Shown piece after piece: positions 1-13,085 of a stretch of DNA of 64,000 bases. The notes under the pieces were generated by a model, which saw only the letters and a program-made list of their open reading frames with translations, was not told the origin of the DNA and searched no databases. Each line of letters opens with the position of its first letter. Positions within the stretch are counted from its first letter, which is position 1. A program made the translations under genes and the position numbers. Source of the stretch: Octopus sinensis (taxonomy: Eukaryota); contig NC_043013.1 in NCBI RefSeq assembly GCF_006345805.1, forward strand, positions 22,692,001-22,756,000, written 5' to 3'.

Positions 1-44
<44 letters not shown>

Positions 45-288
45 TACAGACAGAGAGGTAGAGAGGGAGAAAGAGAGAGCGAAAGTAAAAGAGAATGTGC
101 TGACAAGGTGTTTGTACGTGTGGTAATTCGGCAAAAATTGAATATACATACATACATACATACATACATGTACCTAGCACGGTAGGGCGGCGGAGCAACG
201 GGCGACCGGCGCAGGCCTGCCTCTACCTCGTGCTAGCCGCAGTTGTCATCTTTCGGGGTTTTACGGGACGGACCACGTCGCCGTATCT

Positions 289-297
289 ATGTATCTA

Positions 298-332
<35 letters not shown>

Positions 333-750
333 ATGTATGTATGTATGTATGTATGTATGTATGTATGTATGTATGTATGTATGTATGTATGTATGTATCT
401 ATCTATCTGTTTATCTATGTTTGTTTGTATGTATGCATTTATGAATGTATGTATGTATGTATGTATGTATGTATGTGCATGTGTGCATATGTATGTGTGT
501 ATGTATGTCTGTGTATGTATGTATGTGTGTGCATAAATGTATGTATGTGTGTGTGTGTTTGTATATATATATGTCTGCATGCATGTATGTATGCATGCAA
601 GTATGTATGCATGTATATATGTATGTGTGTATGTTTATAAGTATGCATGTATGTATGCCAGTACGTATGTCTGTATGTATGTGTGTATGTATGGATGGAT
701 GCATACACGTGTGTGTGTGTGTGTGTTGTGTGTGTGTATTTACTCATGTA
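289..750. repeat. Compound (TG)n/(TATG)n microsatellite
   Basis: Read directly; source of several spurious ORFs. Confidence 0.95.
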
Positions 751-1218
751 CGTATGTCACGGGATGCTGTTTCGGGGCGTCCAAAATAAATATTTTGTAG
801 AATTCAGTTCCATTTTGGGCGATTTTGTTGTTCCAGTTTAGAAAGTCGATAAAATTACAAATCACCCGACTCGGATCGATATCACCAATTAAAAGGTAAT
901 GCTCCAGCAAGGACGCAGTTTAATGATTGAAACTAGCAAAGAATAAGAATAAACTGATGGGAGTTGAAGGTGGTGGAATCGATGATGTGTCGATCGTTTG
1001 TCTGATGAACTTCCACAATCCGGAAGTTCTGTGGAAGAAGTACGAAAAGCATTTTCTTCTCTTGAACAGAAAAAAAGCAATATGGAAGCCCGTTTGAGAA
1101 CTTCTTTGTATACAAGCACACACGCCTATTATGGAATACACAGGCATACAGTATACCTTAACCTACATATACACAAGCAATTGGGGATAACAGATTTCGT
1201 TATGCGCACATAAAAAAG

Positions 1219-1537
1219 ACTCCGACGGTTACGACGACGAGGGTCCCAGCTGATACGATCAACGGAATAGCTTGCTCGTGAAATTAACGTGCAAATGGCT
1301 GAGCATTCCACAGACACGTGTACCCTTAACGTAGTTCTCGGGGATAATCAGCGTGACACAGAGAGTGACAAGGCTGACCCTTTGAAATACAAGTACAACT
1401 CATTTTTGCCAGCTGAGTGGACTGGAGCAACGTGAAATAAAGTCTCTTGCTCAAGGACACAACGCGTCGCCGGGAATCGAACTCACAACCTTACGATCAT
1501 GAGCCGAATGCCCTAACCACTAAGCCACGCGCCCTCA
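1219..1537 (-). mobile_element. Full-length tRNA-derived SINE (family C) with 13-bp target-site duplication
   Basis: Minus strand begins gagggcgcgtggcttagtggttagg (A box) ... gagttcgattccc (B box), followed by tgtgtccttgagcaag. Identical flanks ttatgcgcacata at 1200-1212 and 1541-1553. Confidence 0.9.
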
Positions 1538-1583
1538 CTATTATGCGCACATACACATGCACGGACGCACATATATACTGGTT

Positions 1584-1899
1584 CTCCGTCAGTTACGACG
1601 GCCACTGTTCCAGTCGGTCCGATTAACAGAAGAGCCTGCTCGTGAAATCAACGTGCAAGTGGCTGAGTATTCCACAGATGCGCATACCCTTAACATAATT
1701 CTCATGGAGATTCAACGTGATACAGAGTGTGACAAGGCTGTCGCCCTTAAAATACAAGTACCACTCATTTTTGCCAGCTGAGTGGACTGGAGCAATGTGA
1801 AATAAAAATGCTTTGTTCAAGGTCACAATGCGTCACCGAGAATCGAACTCACGACCTTACAATCGTGAGCTGAATATCTTAGCCACTAATCCACGCACC
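1584..1899 (-). mobile_element. Older copy of SINE family C, tandem to the previous copy
   Basis: Colinear and similar to 1219-1537 along its length (ctcgtgaaat...ctcatttttgccagctgagtggactggagcaa...gaatcgaactcac). Confidence 0.85.
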
Positions 1900-2279
1900 G
1901 TCACACATACCAACACTAAATACTATGTATAGACATACATTCAAATCCATATTCTGATAATCATAATCTCATAGTGAAATATTGAAATATCCGAGTCGAA
2001 CTCTGCATGTATCTGCACGTTTACTTAAGGCTGTCGTCAATCGAATACAAACTGACCGTATTCCCTTTCATTTGTGGGACTTTTGATGATGTCATATCTG
2101 AATCATTGATGTATAGCTTCGCTTTCAGACGTGACACGTAAATGTCACGTCTCAAAGAGAACGTGTGTAACTGCGACCATTCTTCTTTCCTCGTTTCTCT
2201 TGATTTCACCGAAGAGCTTTGTCCTGCACATGTTGAATTTCCAGCCGAGAGAGAAACTACCGACTTGAGCACACCAAGC

Positions 2280-2640
2280 AGTTCGTGTTGTTCCTCTTGA
2301 AAACCTTCCCCAGCTAATCCTTGAACCTCGTCATTAGTTCTCTAGCCAGATGTTGACCATGAAGTAGGTAGACGCAGGGGATCATGCAGAAGAGACATAA
2401 ACGAGGCATGCGTGCTACATGTCCCAGCCATCTCACATGGTGCATGTATAACATGGAGGACGTAACACAGCTTGTGCTGATTTGAAAGGAACAAAGTCTT
2501 ATCCGAGGTGAGTGAAAGCACTTAAAGACACTGGATATTAAAGATCTCCAGGGCATTGAGGTATCGATTGCATATACTCGTTGTTTCACAGCCATACAGT
2601 GAAAACTAAATGCTGGGAGCCGAGGATCTTGATATGGAAG
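2280..2640 (-). mobile_element. RTE-clade LINE, decayed C-terminal fragment
   Basis: Minus-strand translation includes RWLGHVARMP...LLHGQ...RFKD, the typical RTE ORF C-terminus. Confidence 0.65.
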
Positions 2641-2655
2641 CGGGAATGGTTGCTT

Positions 2656-2696
<41 letters not shown>

Positions 2697-2989
2697 CTCA
2701 CTCACTCATTCACTCTGAACCTTCTAAAAGCTATACAATCTTGTCTACGTCGGATTGAATTTTATTATCTTGTATACAGTTTTTGTGAATGAAGTTGCCT
2801 AAGTATCGGAATCTGCGGACCAGATGCAGTTGGGGCTGGGAAATTGAAAAAGTACAGAGGCGGATGGTACAGTTTATCTCCTTGATGTTTGGCGTGTTTC
2901 TGTGTTACAAAGAACACAATTGAAATTTAACCTTTGCTAGGCCCATAGGATGATCGGTATAAGTCTCCAATTTCATCATGGCATAGGAG

Positions 2990-3515
2990 AGTAGAACAAC
3001 TTTGAAGTTAATTCATCAATCCGTCATGCAATCAAGGAAATTTCAATGTTGGCACCTGGGATGTATATACGAGATGTTGTGTTTGTTCTTTTTTCTGCTA
3101 GATGTATTGACAATGGTAAGACTAGGCTCCAATACAGAATAAGAAATCTCCCGATGCCAATGGAATGCCAGCACCACAAACACTATAGGCTTCTATCACT
3201 TGATCCCAGCTTATCTTATTTCCTCTCTCTTTTAAATTTATAATCAAAAATTGGGATGACTTTTCTTGTCATGACGATCGTAGTCAGCACCTGATTTAAT
3301 GTCTGATAGAAATGGTCTTTGTCCCAATTACCATACGGTAATCTTGTTTCATACATATTCAGTAAAGTGACATAGCAGCCCTCGACGAGGAGATTACGAG
3401 GAAACATTAAAAACTTGCTGATGTCTCAGTCAGTATGTACAGCAAACCTTCATAGCATGGCCGAAGCCACGTTGGCGATGTTCACCCTCGCAGGAAACCT
3501 TTCAAAAGATCTAGT
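2990..3515 (-). mobile_element. RTE-clade LINE, decayed AP-endonuclease fragment
   Basis: Frameshifted motifs GEHRQRGFG, ETRL, FYQTLNQVL, (H)GIGR, LTIVNT and IHPRCQH occur in the order expected for an RTE APE domain. Confidence 0.55.
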
Positions 3516-4432
3516 GTGCGAGCATACACGTATATACACACATGCATACATACATACATACATACATACATACATACATACATACATACATACATACATA
3601 CATACATACATACATACTCATTACATGTTGCTGTGATGTATCTAGGACAGAAGTGTTCAGTAAATGAGAATAGTTGTTTAACCATTTTCCATCGGCAGGG
3701 ATCTCCCTTGCTCATAGTTCGCTAGTGTTGGCTAATTCTTTTGGTGAAACGAAAAGAAGCTTTAGTGAATAAGTCTTGCCTTCTGGTGCACGGCCTTTTC
3801 ATCACCAAAACCCCTGTCAGGATTCCGCTGTGGACACACTTGGAGACTGGGTGCTCTGCGTCCCCAGGTTAACTTGACAAAGCTCAGAATGGCCACGGGC
3901 CCCAGAGCAACAGTATGTAAGCTCAACCTATCGATTTTCAATCCTTGTTCCACTTCAGCCCCACTGGTAAGTCTAGTAAAATAAAGGATATGAGAAATCA
4001 AGTTCCCGCGGTCATCTTTGAGGGGTTTCCGAAAGCAGACAATTAAATTATTTTCGATGTATATTTGCCTGACACTGAGGAAAAGTCTGGAAAAAGTGGG
4101 GCCTGAAAATCGTGAACTTAATACAATTCCTGGAGAGGAAACTGCGTCTGTCAATAACCCAAAAAGCATTCAGCCCCATTCCATGGAACATACAAATATT
4201 CCTTGATGTCAGCAAAGGTGAAAATAAAGCTAGAAATATTCACGGGCCTGGTCTATTTGCTAGAAACATCAATCAAATCTCCATCAAAATATTTCATATG
4301 GTCTTTAAAAAAGAACACGTTGGATAATGTAGCCTAGAACACTTGTCACTGAAAGAAAAGACAGGTATGGGTTTTTAACCAGCCTTGGTCATAGGTGTGC
4401 TTGACGTGGGTTCGAAGGAGGGCTAAACCACC

Positions 4433-4464
<32 letters not shown>

Positions 4465-4512
4465 CACAACAACAACAACAACTACTACTACTACTACTAC
4501 TACTACTCATCA

Positions 4513-4908
4513 TCATTGTTCGACCGTGGTCGAGACAATGGAATTTACCATGCTACGCCAGACTTCACGGTCCATCATGGCATTACGGAGGTCCTGTTGC
4601 TGGATGCCTGTATCCCTGGAGATTACATCAGGGTAGGAGAGTGTGCGCCCTCTGGTATTGCGAGTAGATGGCTTCCAGAGGAGAAGAGTAGAAATTACTT
4701 CTTTTTCAGCTCTACAACAATGTCCAGCAAACTGGACTCTCCTACCTTTCACAAGAGATGACACAGGTGGTAGTTTCCCATATATTTGCATTTTGGTTGG
4801 ATGGCGCTTCCACGAGAGATTTTGAGCTCTCATAAGGAAGCGAGTGTAGGTTCCATCCAACCGCCTCTCAAGCTTCTTTGATAACGTCCAGGTTTCTGAG
4901 CCATATAG
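4513..4908 (-). mobile_element. 5'-truncated RTE-X-like LINE 3' end with an open reading frame, embedded in trinucleotide repeats
   Basis: Uninterrupted LYGSETWTLSKKLERRLDGTYTRFLMRAQNLSWKRHPT...RRVQFAGHCCRAEKEVISTLLLWKP...DTG...AMMDREVWR, then stop and a (TGA/TAG/TTG)n tail. The 5' side joins (GTA)n. Confidence 0.85.
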
Positions 4909-4968
<60 letters not shown>

Positions 4969-5119
4969 GGCAACAAAAACAACAATCGTCTCTACATGAA
5001 AGACGTCCCATAGCCAGTGAGCTGAGATGCCACAGTGCTTCTTGGCTGGCAGAGTCATGTATCCACATTCATAGAAACGCTCTCTGCAAACAAACAACAT
5101 TACTTAAATGTAAGCAGAC

Positions 5120-5194
5120 TCACCACACATACACATAAACACACACAAACACACACAAACACACACACACACACCACACACCACACACGCACAC

Positions 5195-5242
<48 letters not shown>

Positions 5243-5356
5243 GCACACACACACACAGATGGGCACATAAACGTACGCAGTCATAGAAGCACGAAAATTC
5301 ATGATGCATGCGTTTAGAAACACAAAATTATTTTTAAAAGATGAACACACTTAAAG

Positions 5357-5388
<32 letters not shown>

Positions 5389-5817
5389 CACACACACACA
5401 TATATACTCACACATATGATATTTATACATACACGATGCATACACACCCAAAGAAGCAACACTTTTATTCATGCATGCACATACAGAAGCACACACATAC
5501 ACACGCACATGTGTGTATATGCAAGTGTACTTTAAAATATATTAAGCTTGACATATAAAATATATTAAGTTTGACAAAATAAACAAAACACCACAATTTA
5601 TCACACGTACACACACACACACACACACGCAGATATTCTAACACATATTTATATAAACGAGTAAGCACATATGCACACACACACACACCGACACACACCG
5701 ACAAACACAAAAAGTCGGTTTTCTTGTTTGCAAACAAGAAAGCCACTGAAAAAACACGCAAACACACACACACCATCTACACACACCATCTACACACACA
5801 CACCATCTACACACACA

Positions 5818-5862
<45 letters not shown>

Positions 5863-5885
5863 TCTCTCTCTCTCATACAGACACA
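5120..5885. repeat. Cluster of (CA)n/(CT)n microsatellites
   Basis: Read directly. Confidence 0.9.
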
Positions 5886-6349
5886 CACATTGCCATAACG
5901 AAATAAACAAACACCTAACACAATTTAGCTCCTATGGATACACGATAAATTTATTCATATACCTTCCAAGAAAAATAAATGGTGAATATTGGATATTGAA
6001 AAAAAATTCTGAGAAAATATTGGAAGAAATTTGATGGAAATATGACAACGAATTCTTTTTTATTGCTTCCTTTATTACTTTTCTTTCTTATTCTTTATTT
6101 TTGCTGCAACCACATTCTTCAGCTTTATGCACCAAATATATTTGTCTTGTAACTTGAACTGAACATAAACTCATTGATTATGGTGGAGTATTTTAGTGAC
6201 TTCAGAGAAAAATTCAGACGGCAGTTTTAGAGGCCATTAATAAGACGTGTGTAAAAAGAACACGACATGGATTATAAATTTGTGAGTTCTAGAATGGCGT
6301 TGTTCTTTGTGCATTTGTGTGTGTGTGCGTGTGTGTGTGTGTGTGTGTA

Positions 6350-6421
<72 letters not shown>

Positions 6422-7921
6422 GACTATCAGAAGAGTTTATTCATTTATATATAATTTATTAGCCACAGTCGAAAGTTCATCTGGTCAACGAAAGTCTACA
6501 GAAAATGCAAGAGTAGATTGGACAGTGAACGTCAAGGTGTGCGGTGTCTTCTTGAAGGACACAAAGGCGTAAAATATCAAAGAATTGGATGGAATCTGTG
6601 TTGCACCCGGGCCTCCAACCTCTGCTTTCTAACCTCCTGATGGTGTGGCAGGGATGGCATTGTGAGACGGGATGTCTTGGGTACCTTTTAAACCTATGGA
6701 ACCCAACTCTACAAGTCTGGTCATAGCCGGTTTCTTCCAGAAGGTGTGTGTGTGTGTGAGATAGAGAGAGGGAGAGAGTTCGTGTGTGTGTGTGTGAGAG
6801 AGAGAGTTCGCGTTTGTGTGTGTGTGTATGTGTGTGAAAGGGAGAGAGAGAGAGAGAGTTCGCGTTTGTGTGTGTGAGAGAGAGAAGGAGAGAGAGTTCG
6901 CATCTGTGTGTGTGTATGTGTGTATGAGAGAGAGAGAGAGAGAGAGAAAGAGAAGGAAAGGTAAGACAAGCAAAGTTTACTTGGTGTGATACGAACTGAA
7001 ATGAATAACACAAGACATTCTATCGGACGAGCTAATGACTCTGACAACCTGCCGCCTTCATCTATCATCTACCTACGTACCACAGAACTTCTTCGGCGAC
7101 ATGGAGATATGCCACAACAACAAGAACAGCAGCAGTCACAAGACACTCCAGACTTAGTGTAAATTAATATGGAAAATAATCGAGATATCCTCTCGTTAAA
7201 GTATATATTTCCTCACAGCGCGAGGTCAGATTAAGAATTTGAATTTGCGCTTTTATACGAGGAAGAAGATACATAAGGTTCTCGTAGTTAATTTCTTTTA
7301 TTTATTACGAAGTTTCTTAGAATTTTGAGTTAGTCGTAATCATATGCAGCACCATTTCGTCCTTTTAAGGATCCTTCAGAATGCTTTAACCTGTAATTTA
7401 TCAATTAGATGTAATACGAAGAGAGAAATTCCGTTAAAATTAAAGATGACGTTAATTACAATGCGGAGGAGACTTATGGAGTGTTTTATTGTTTGTTTGT
7501 TTTCATAGAACATTGGTTGTGTAGGAATCGCGAGAAAGAGACAATGGTTTTAGTGTTTATGTACAGAGCAGTAGCCGTTTCCAGGGGGATTTCTACCCCC
7601 TGAAAATAAATGAGAACACCCTTATTTGACGGCTTATGTGACGCAGGAGCTTATAAGATGCACCTCAAATGTGGCAGGTCTTTCTTAAACTACCGTTTGC
7701 CAGTAACCCGAAACCTGACCTTGAATTTATAAGATACAAACTGATTTCTTGAAATGTTTCATTGGAAGATAAAATTCAATTTATAATCCATCAAATACAG
7801 TCAATGAGGTAATCAGGTTATTTTTTTCTCAAAATCTTGAAACCGGATACAATAACGCTAATTTCAAACCAGTTCATCATTTCATCACTAAACTTATTCG
7901 CTCAAAACCTTCTGTAGACGA

Positions 7922-8086
7922 AGGCGTGGCTGTGTGATAAGAAGCTTGCTTCCCAACCACAAATCGTTCCGGGTTCAGTCCTACTGCGTGGAACTTTAGG
8001 CAAGTGTCTTCTTTTATACCCTCGGGCCGACCAAAGCCTTATGAGTAAATTTTATTGACAGAAATTGAAAGAAACCTGTCGTATAT
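7922..8086 (+). mobile_element. SINE family B (tRNA head plus CORE-like domain), 5' half
   Basis: ggcgtggctgtgtgataagaagcttgc...gggttcagtcctactgcgtgg...ggcaagtgtcttc...gggccgaccaaagcctt matches the copy at 15430. Confidence 0.85.
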
Positions 8087-8769
8087 CAACTAAAATTGTA
8101 CTACTTAGATTCAAGTACATCTGTGTGTACACATACACATATATAAGAGGGGGTCCCGTGAATATTTCATGGAATTAATTATAAACTTATTGGGTGATTT
8201 CTGAAAACTTTATCCAAAACTCTGAAAGCGTATCCTGTGTTGTGTCTGTATGGAAAGATGGTCGCTCATCTGCTATTCATTGAAAAGTGAAGGAAATTGG
8301 AATACAAGGATTACTTAATGCACTTTATGTACGATTTTATAGACATAATATACAGCACTATCCTTTCTCTCTCACTCTTCGCCTTACTCTATTTTTGTCT
8401 CTCCTTTTTCTTTCGCTCTTCGTCTTTCCCGTCAACTAATCACGTAAAAGCGTTGCGGACAGGCTAAATAAAGGAGCAAAAAACTTAGTTAAAAAACAAT
8501 TACACATTTAACTCACCACCCCTATCTCTCTCCCTCTCCCCCTACACGTGTGTGTGTGTGTGCGCGCACGCATGCGTGTACCGTATATACTTGCGTAAGT
8601 TTGAATTTACAGGCTCACTTTCAAGAGTCATTTCAGTTACTAGTACCTGAGATTTTGAAATTCCAGGTACAATCGGAACTGCCACACCTGTTGCACAAAC
8701 TTTTAAACAAAAAAAAAATCGAGTCAAAAAATAATGAACCGAATGACGGTAAGAATGCGTTTCAAACTT

Positions 8770-9138
8770 TAGCGGAAGACCAGCAGTTCGAGGGCAAGAG
8801 TCAGTTGCATTGAGCAGAGTCGTAGACTCGTGCTTATTTTATGGAAGGCGAAGTCAACCTCAGCGGATTTTGAACTCAGAAAAAGCATGCTAATGATTCT
8901 GCCAGCTTTTTTTATTTTATCTTAATTGATTTCAAATTTTGGTACAAGGACAGCAATTTTGGAGGCGAGGTAAGTCAACTGTGTCGACCTTAGTTTCTAA
9001 CTGGTACTTATTTTATCGAACCAGAAAGGACGAAAGACAAAGTCGACTTCGGCGACACTTGAACTCATAGCATAAACACGGACGAAACGCTGCTAAGCCT
9101 TTTGTCTGGCGCGGTAACGATTCAGCCAGTCCTTCGCC
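8770..9138 (-). mobile_element. Two adjacent SINE family A copies (partial 8770-8906; 8935-9138)
   Basis: Shared core ggtacttattttatcga...aaagtcgacttcggc...tgaactca...gctaagc...gattc(t)gccag recurs many times in the window. Confidence 0.8.
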
Positions 9139-9659
9139 TCTTTTTATTGACAGTAATAATAATCCTAATAATCATTCAGTATTATACCCGCGTCTGGTAT
9201 GACTGGTATGGCCCAGGAGGAGCTCCAACAGATATTTACACTTCCACTTGCTTCACTCGTTTCCATCGTAATTGATAATCAACGACCTTTGTCGCCGTCC
9301 CACGCTTTACTCTACGACCAGTGTTGACTTTTGTCTTTAATTATCGAATTGAACGCTGTTTGAGGCTATAAATATTTAAAAGCATCTCATAAATACACAA
9401 ATACGCTGACAGAAAAGGAATTCCGAAGTCTTATTTATGCATACAGAGCTGAAGTCGTAATCTAACTTAGCTCGAAATTATAATTGCATGGTGGATCGTA
9501 AACATTTCAAACATAAATATTTGTTAAAATCGGGCAGCCATAGCGCTGTTCATCCTTTTCAGCACCGAGTAAACCTTCATAATCATTATGAATCAATGAT
9601 TCCATCAGATGCCTACATTTCATTGTCGATGACGTTAATTACAGATTTCACATCATCCG

Positions 9660-9945
9660 TCGCTTCTTTCCTGTCGTCGTCGTCGTCGTCATCACGGTAG
9701 TCATCATCGTCAACTTCCTCTTCCTCCTCCTTATCATTCTCCTCCTCCTCCTCCTTTTCTCCTCCTTCTCCTCCTCATCATCGTCATCCTCATTGTCGAT
9801 GTCATTGCCATCATCATTCTGCTCCCTCCTCCTTATCATCATCATCATCCTCATCCTCCTCTTCCTTTTCCCATCCTCCTCTTCTTCCTTCCTCCACCTC
9901 CTCCTCCTCCTCCTCCTCCTCATCATCATCATCATCATCATCACC
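9660..9945. repeat. Compound (TCG/TCA/TCC)n trinucleotide repeat
   Basis: Read directly. Confidence 0.9.
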
Positions 9946-10378
9946 ATAGCATAGATTTTCGTCATTTGTGGCTTCTATTGAAGTTGAAATTCTTTCCTGT
10001 CCTGAAATATTTGATGATGACACAAGTTTTCATATATTTGCATGAATTAACGCTTTGCTCCGAGATCAGAACCTGCAACGAAGCTTCGATAGTGACCCCC
10101 TTTCATTTCCTTATTTTAGCAGCCATAAACAAGCGAATCTCTTCACCAGCAAATGAGAAACATTGAACAATGCCATTTCTGAAAAACTAGCCTCAACTTT
10201 TGCATGATGCTTAGAAAAATTCAGATCTGTTTTCGCTCGTAGAATACACACACACGTTCACATTGGTTTATTCGCAATTTACAACCAAAAGGCAGAACAA
10301 TAGATGTCATTGAAATGACTAAGGATGCTAATTAGCACCCTTAGTCACTTCAGTGACGTCTATTGTTCTGCCTTTTAG

Positions 10379-10450
<72 letters not shown>

Positions 10451-10502
10451 TATATACATATACATATATATATATATACATATATATATATATGTATATA
10501 TA

Positions 10503-10584
<82 letters not shown>

Positions 10585-10585
10585 A

Positions 10586-11690
10586 ACGGGAGGTTATATG
10601 GTTTAACACCCGCTTTTTGAGAAGTTATATGGTTTAATCCCCCATTCTTCCATGCAGGTTAAAAATCTCCCTAAGATGCTTTTTAATATCGTCGATAAGA
10701 ATTTCCCAGTGAGTCATGAATACTGTTCTATCTTTAATAGGTCCTGTCTAAAACTTTCATACTCAACTTCGCCTAATTCAGGATCGGTAATTGCAGGGAA
10801 CAATAGATTTGAGCTTGAAAATAACGGGAATATGGGCAGCCACAATACGAGTAGGATTAATAATAACATAGATAAAGAATGCACAGGGATGAGCAACGGA
10901 AATAAAGCCTGAAATTGTCGGAACTGCAATTTACGTCCATTACGGGGTTCCTATCTAAGGAAAAGCGTGGTATACAAAACTGAGGTTATAACTGCCAATC
11001 AACCTATGAAAGTATACATAGGAAGTACCACGGATTTCAAAACGTGATATAGAGGACACACCAGCTCTTTCTCGAACCCAACAACAAATAATGCAGCAGC
11101 GCTTGCCCCATATATTAACACACTAAAAATGCGAGATAAGGAATTTAGATTAGACTGGTCGATCATAACGGAAATCATCCCATAAAAAACGTATGCTGGA
11201 AGGTGTAAGTTATGTACGAAGGAAGCAATTAGTATACTTCGACCAGACAAGAAAATTTTAATTAATAAAATATTTGACGTTATAATTGCATGTAGGCATA
11301 AATACTTAGCTACATTTAAGTTTTTTAAAAAGTAGAAAGGATAGAATCCGATCTTATGAACATCGACTTACCTTAATAAAATAATAATTTTTTCCACTTT
11401 GATTAGATTTGATCAACTTAAAAGTTTAAGCGTAAAATTCTTTACCTTCTGGCATCTTAGTAATTCACGGGTTTAACGTCGTATTTGAACCTATTAACCT
11501 TCTATATATAAGATCATTATAAATTGTAAATCACAAATATTAGTGAATTTTTAGACTGTTTCCACTAACATTCTGCATTTATGGATTCACCTTATTTTAA
11601 TTATTTACTATCTGTAATTATCACCAAACACGTTGTTCTAAAGGTCAGTTTATTGAGTTCTAACTTTTGTCGACTGTTGTGTCTTAGGCC
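10586..11690 (+). mobile_element. Penelope-like element 3' part (GIY-YIG endonuclease region and 3' UTR), decayed
   Basis: Translates EVIWFN(P/T) (duplicated), DKNFP, IFNRSCLKLSYS, NCRNC, VVYKTEV...KVYIGSTTDFK, CKLC.KE and CRHK, the PLE C-terminal GIY-YIG architecture, with stops and frameshifts. Confidence 0.8.
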
Positions 11691-12500
11691 ACTATGGGCA
11701 AACAAGTTGAAGAAAAGAAAATAGATTTTGCAGCAGTGGCCAAAAGCCACTACAAGGAGATAGAGTTATCGGAACTCGGAAAGTACAAGAACATGCTTTG
11801 TAGGGAGGGGAACGATGTAAAAGTGTCCCCTCCCCAAGAAATTTTAAAAGAAACCAAAGAAAGAATAATTATATATAGGAGGTACTCGGTCCAAGCAAGG
11901 AAAATAGAAGTATGTCTACGGTGAAAATTGAAAAAGCTTTGAAACTAATCTGGCAAGGGATTTCTTACCTGGCCAGAGGAACAAAGTTTGGAACAGTGGA
12001 GGTGCAGTTCCGAGATATTGCTCCTGCCAGGCTACACTCGGCAACACCCTTAAAGACTGATGAGGTGGTACTTCTGCCCATATACCTTGGAAGGCGCGCT
12101 TCCAGGATTAGGGTAGAAGACATACCACCAGAAACAGATGTAGCAAGGCTAGTAGCTGCCTTACTGCTAGGCTTGGAAGAGAAGATAGTGGTTCTCCAGG
12201 CCACCAGAACGGCACATAAGAACTGGCAAGGCCAGAGCCTGGGTATGATAATCCAGGTGCCCCGAGGACCTTGAAAACAATAAAGGTGAACACTATAGGA
12301 TGTACTGGGATACCCCGGCACTACCATTGTTGGTGGCAGACCCAAAGTATATTTCGATTAAAGGATTATGAGGAGGACGTTGAGTGCTGTGTCCAGAAAA
12401 CTGACACCAACAGGATACCAGAGTGGCTAAGCCATTTTAATCTTTTGAAAGACTTCAACATAAACATTTTTCAACACGATGAAAATTAACTGTTTTTAAA
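11690..12500 (+). mobile_element. Non-LTR retrotransposon ORF1 (gag-like) fragment, frameshifted
   Basis: Overlapping ORFs 11694-11924 and 11912-12274 (LPIYLGRRASRIRVEDIPPE) are followed by IVVGGRPKV, resembling the lead-in to a decayed zinc knuckle. Composition is more GC-rich than the flanks. Confidence 0.45.
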
Positions 12501-12689
12501 TATTGTTTAAAAAGGTTAAATGAAATTGCTTGGAGGTGGGGCTACGATCAGAAGAAAAATATCTGTTCAGACTGGCATATAGATCGAGAAAAATGGACAG
12601 ATATAATTATCAAGAGCTGGGACGAAACTATTTGTATTCTGTTAGACATTTCCATCCATCATTCTGACCAACACAATGCCGATAAAAAA

Positions 12690-13085
12690 AGAGTTGGTTA
12701 TGAATATACATGAAAACGTTGTTAGAAAGTTACGAAGTTATACTCCGGAACGTACCTATTCGCACTAACAGAAATATCATGGCAGATCAACCTGATACTG
12801 TTGCTAAAAAAAGAGAGTGTTTGCTGATCGATGTATCAGTCTCACCGATAATGTATTTCTAAAAGAAAGAGAGAAACTAACCAAATATAAAAGTCTGGAA
12901 ATAGAAATAACTAGAACAGGGATTTAGAATAGAAGCAATCCCAATAATAATAAGTATCTTGGAGAAAATTTAATAACAAAGCAGACAAATACATGGCTAG
13001 AATATGACGAGTTACACATGCACGCAACATGAGAAAATAACACTGCAAGTCGCTCGTATTCTGCAGAGAACTTTCAAAGCAATTA
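12690..13085 (+). mobile_element. R4/Dong-like LINE, decayed restriction-like endonuclease 3' fragment
   Basis: NVPIRTNRNIMADQPDTV..KKRECLLIDVS...KEREKLTKYKSLEIEI...IPIII...ARILQRT motifs. Confidence 0.7.

Noticed and set aside
230-800. Many 60-230 aa ORFs of the YVCM/HTHT/IYIY/LLLL type here and throughout the track
   Set aside because: They are translations of di-, tri- and tetranucleotide microsatellites with no splice or homology support.
1440-1537. tRNA gene (also at 15430, 22488, 23609, 47205, 48340, 58500)
   Set aside because: A and B boxes are present, but each continues into a multi-copy SINE body and lacks a proper acceptor stem.
2127-2152. Perfect 10-bp hairpin agacgtgaca-cgtaaa-tgtcacgtct as a Helitron end or terminator
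   Set aside because: No CTRR terminus at the expected distance; a single short hairpin is not significant in 64 kb.
6468-7160. Possible host exons (6468-6743 and the 53-codon ORF MNNTRHS...PDLV at about 7001-7162)
   Set aside because: No frame stays open between splice sites in the first segment, which faintly resembles a CR1/L2 3' end; no recognisable domain in the second.
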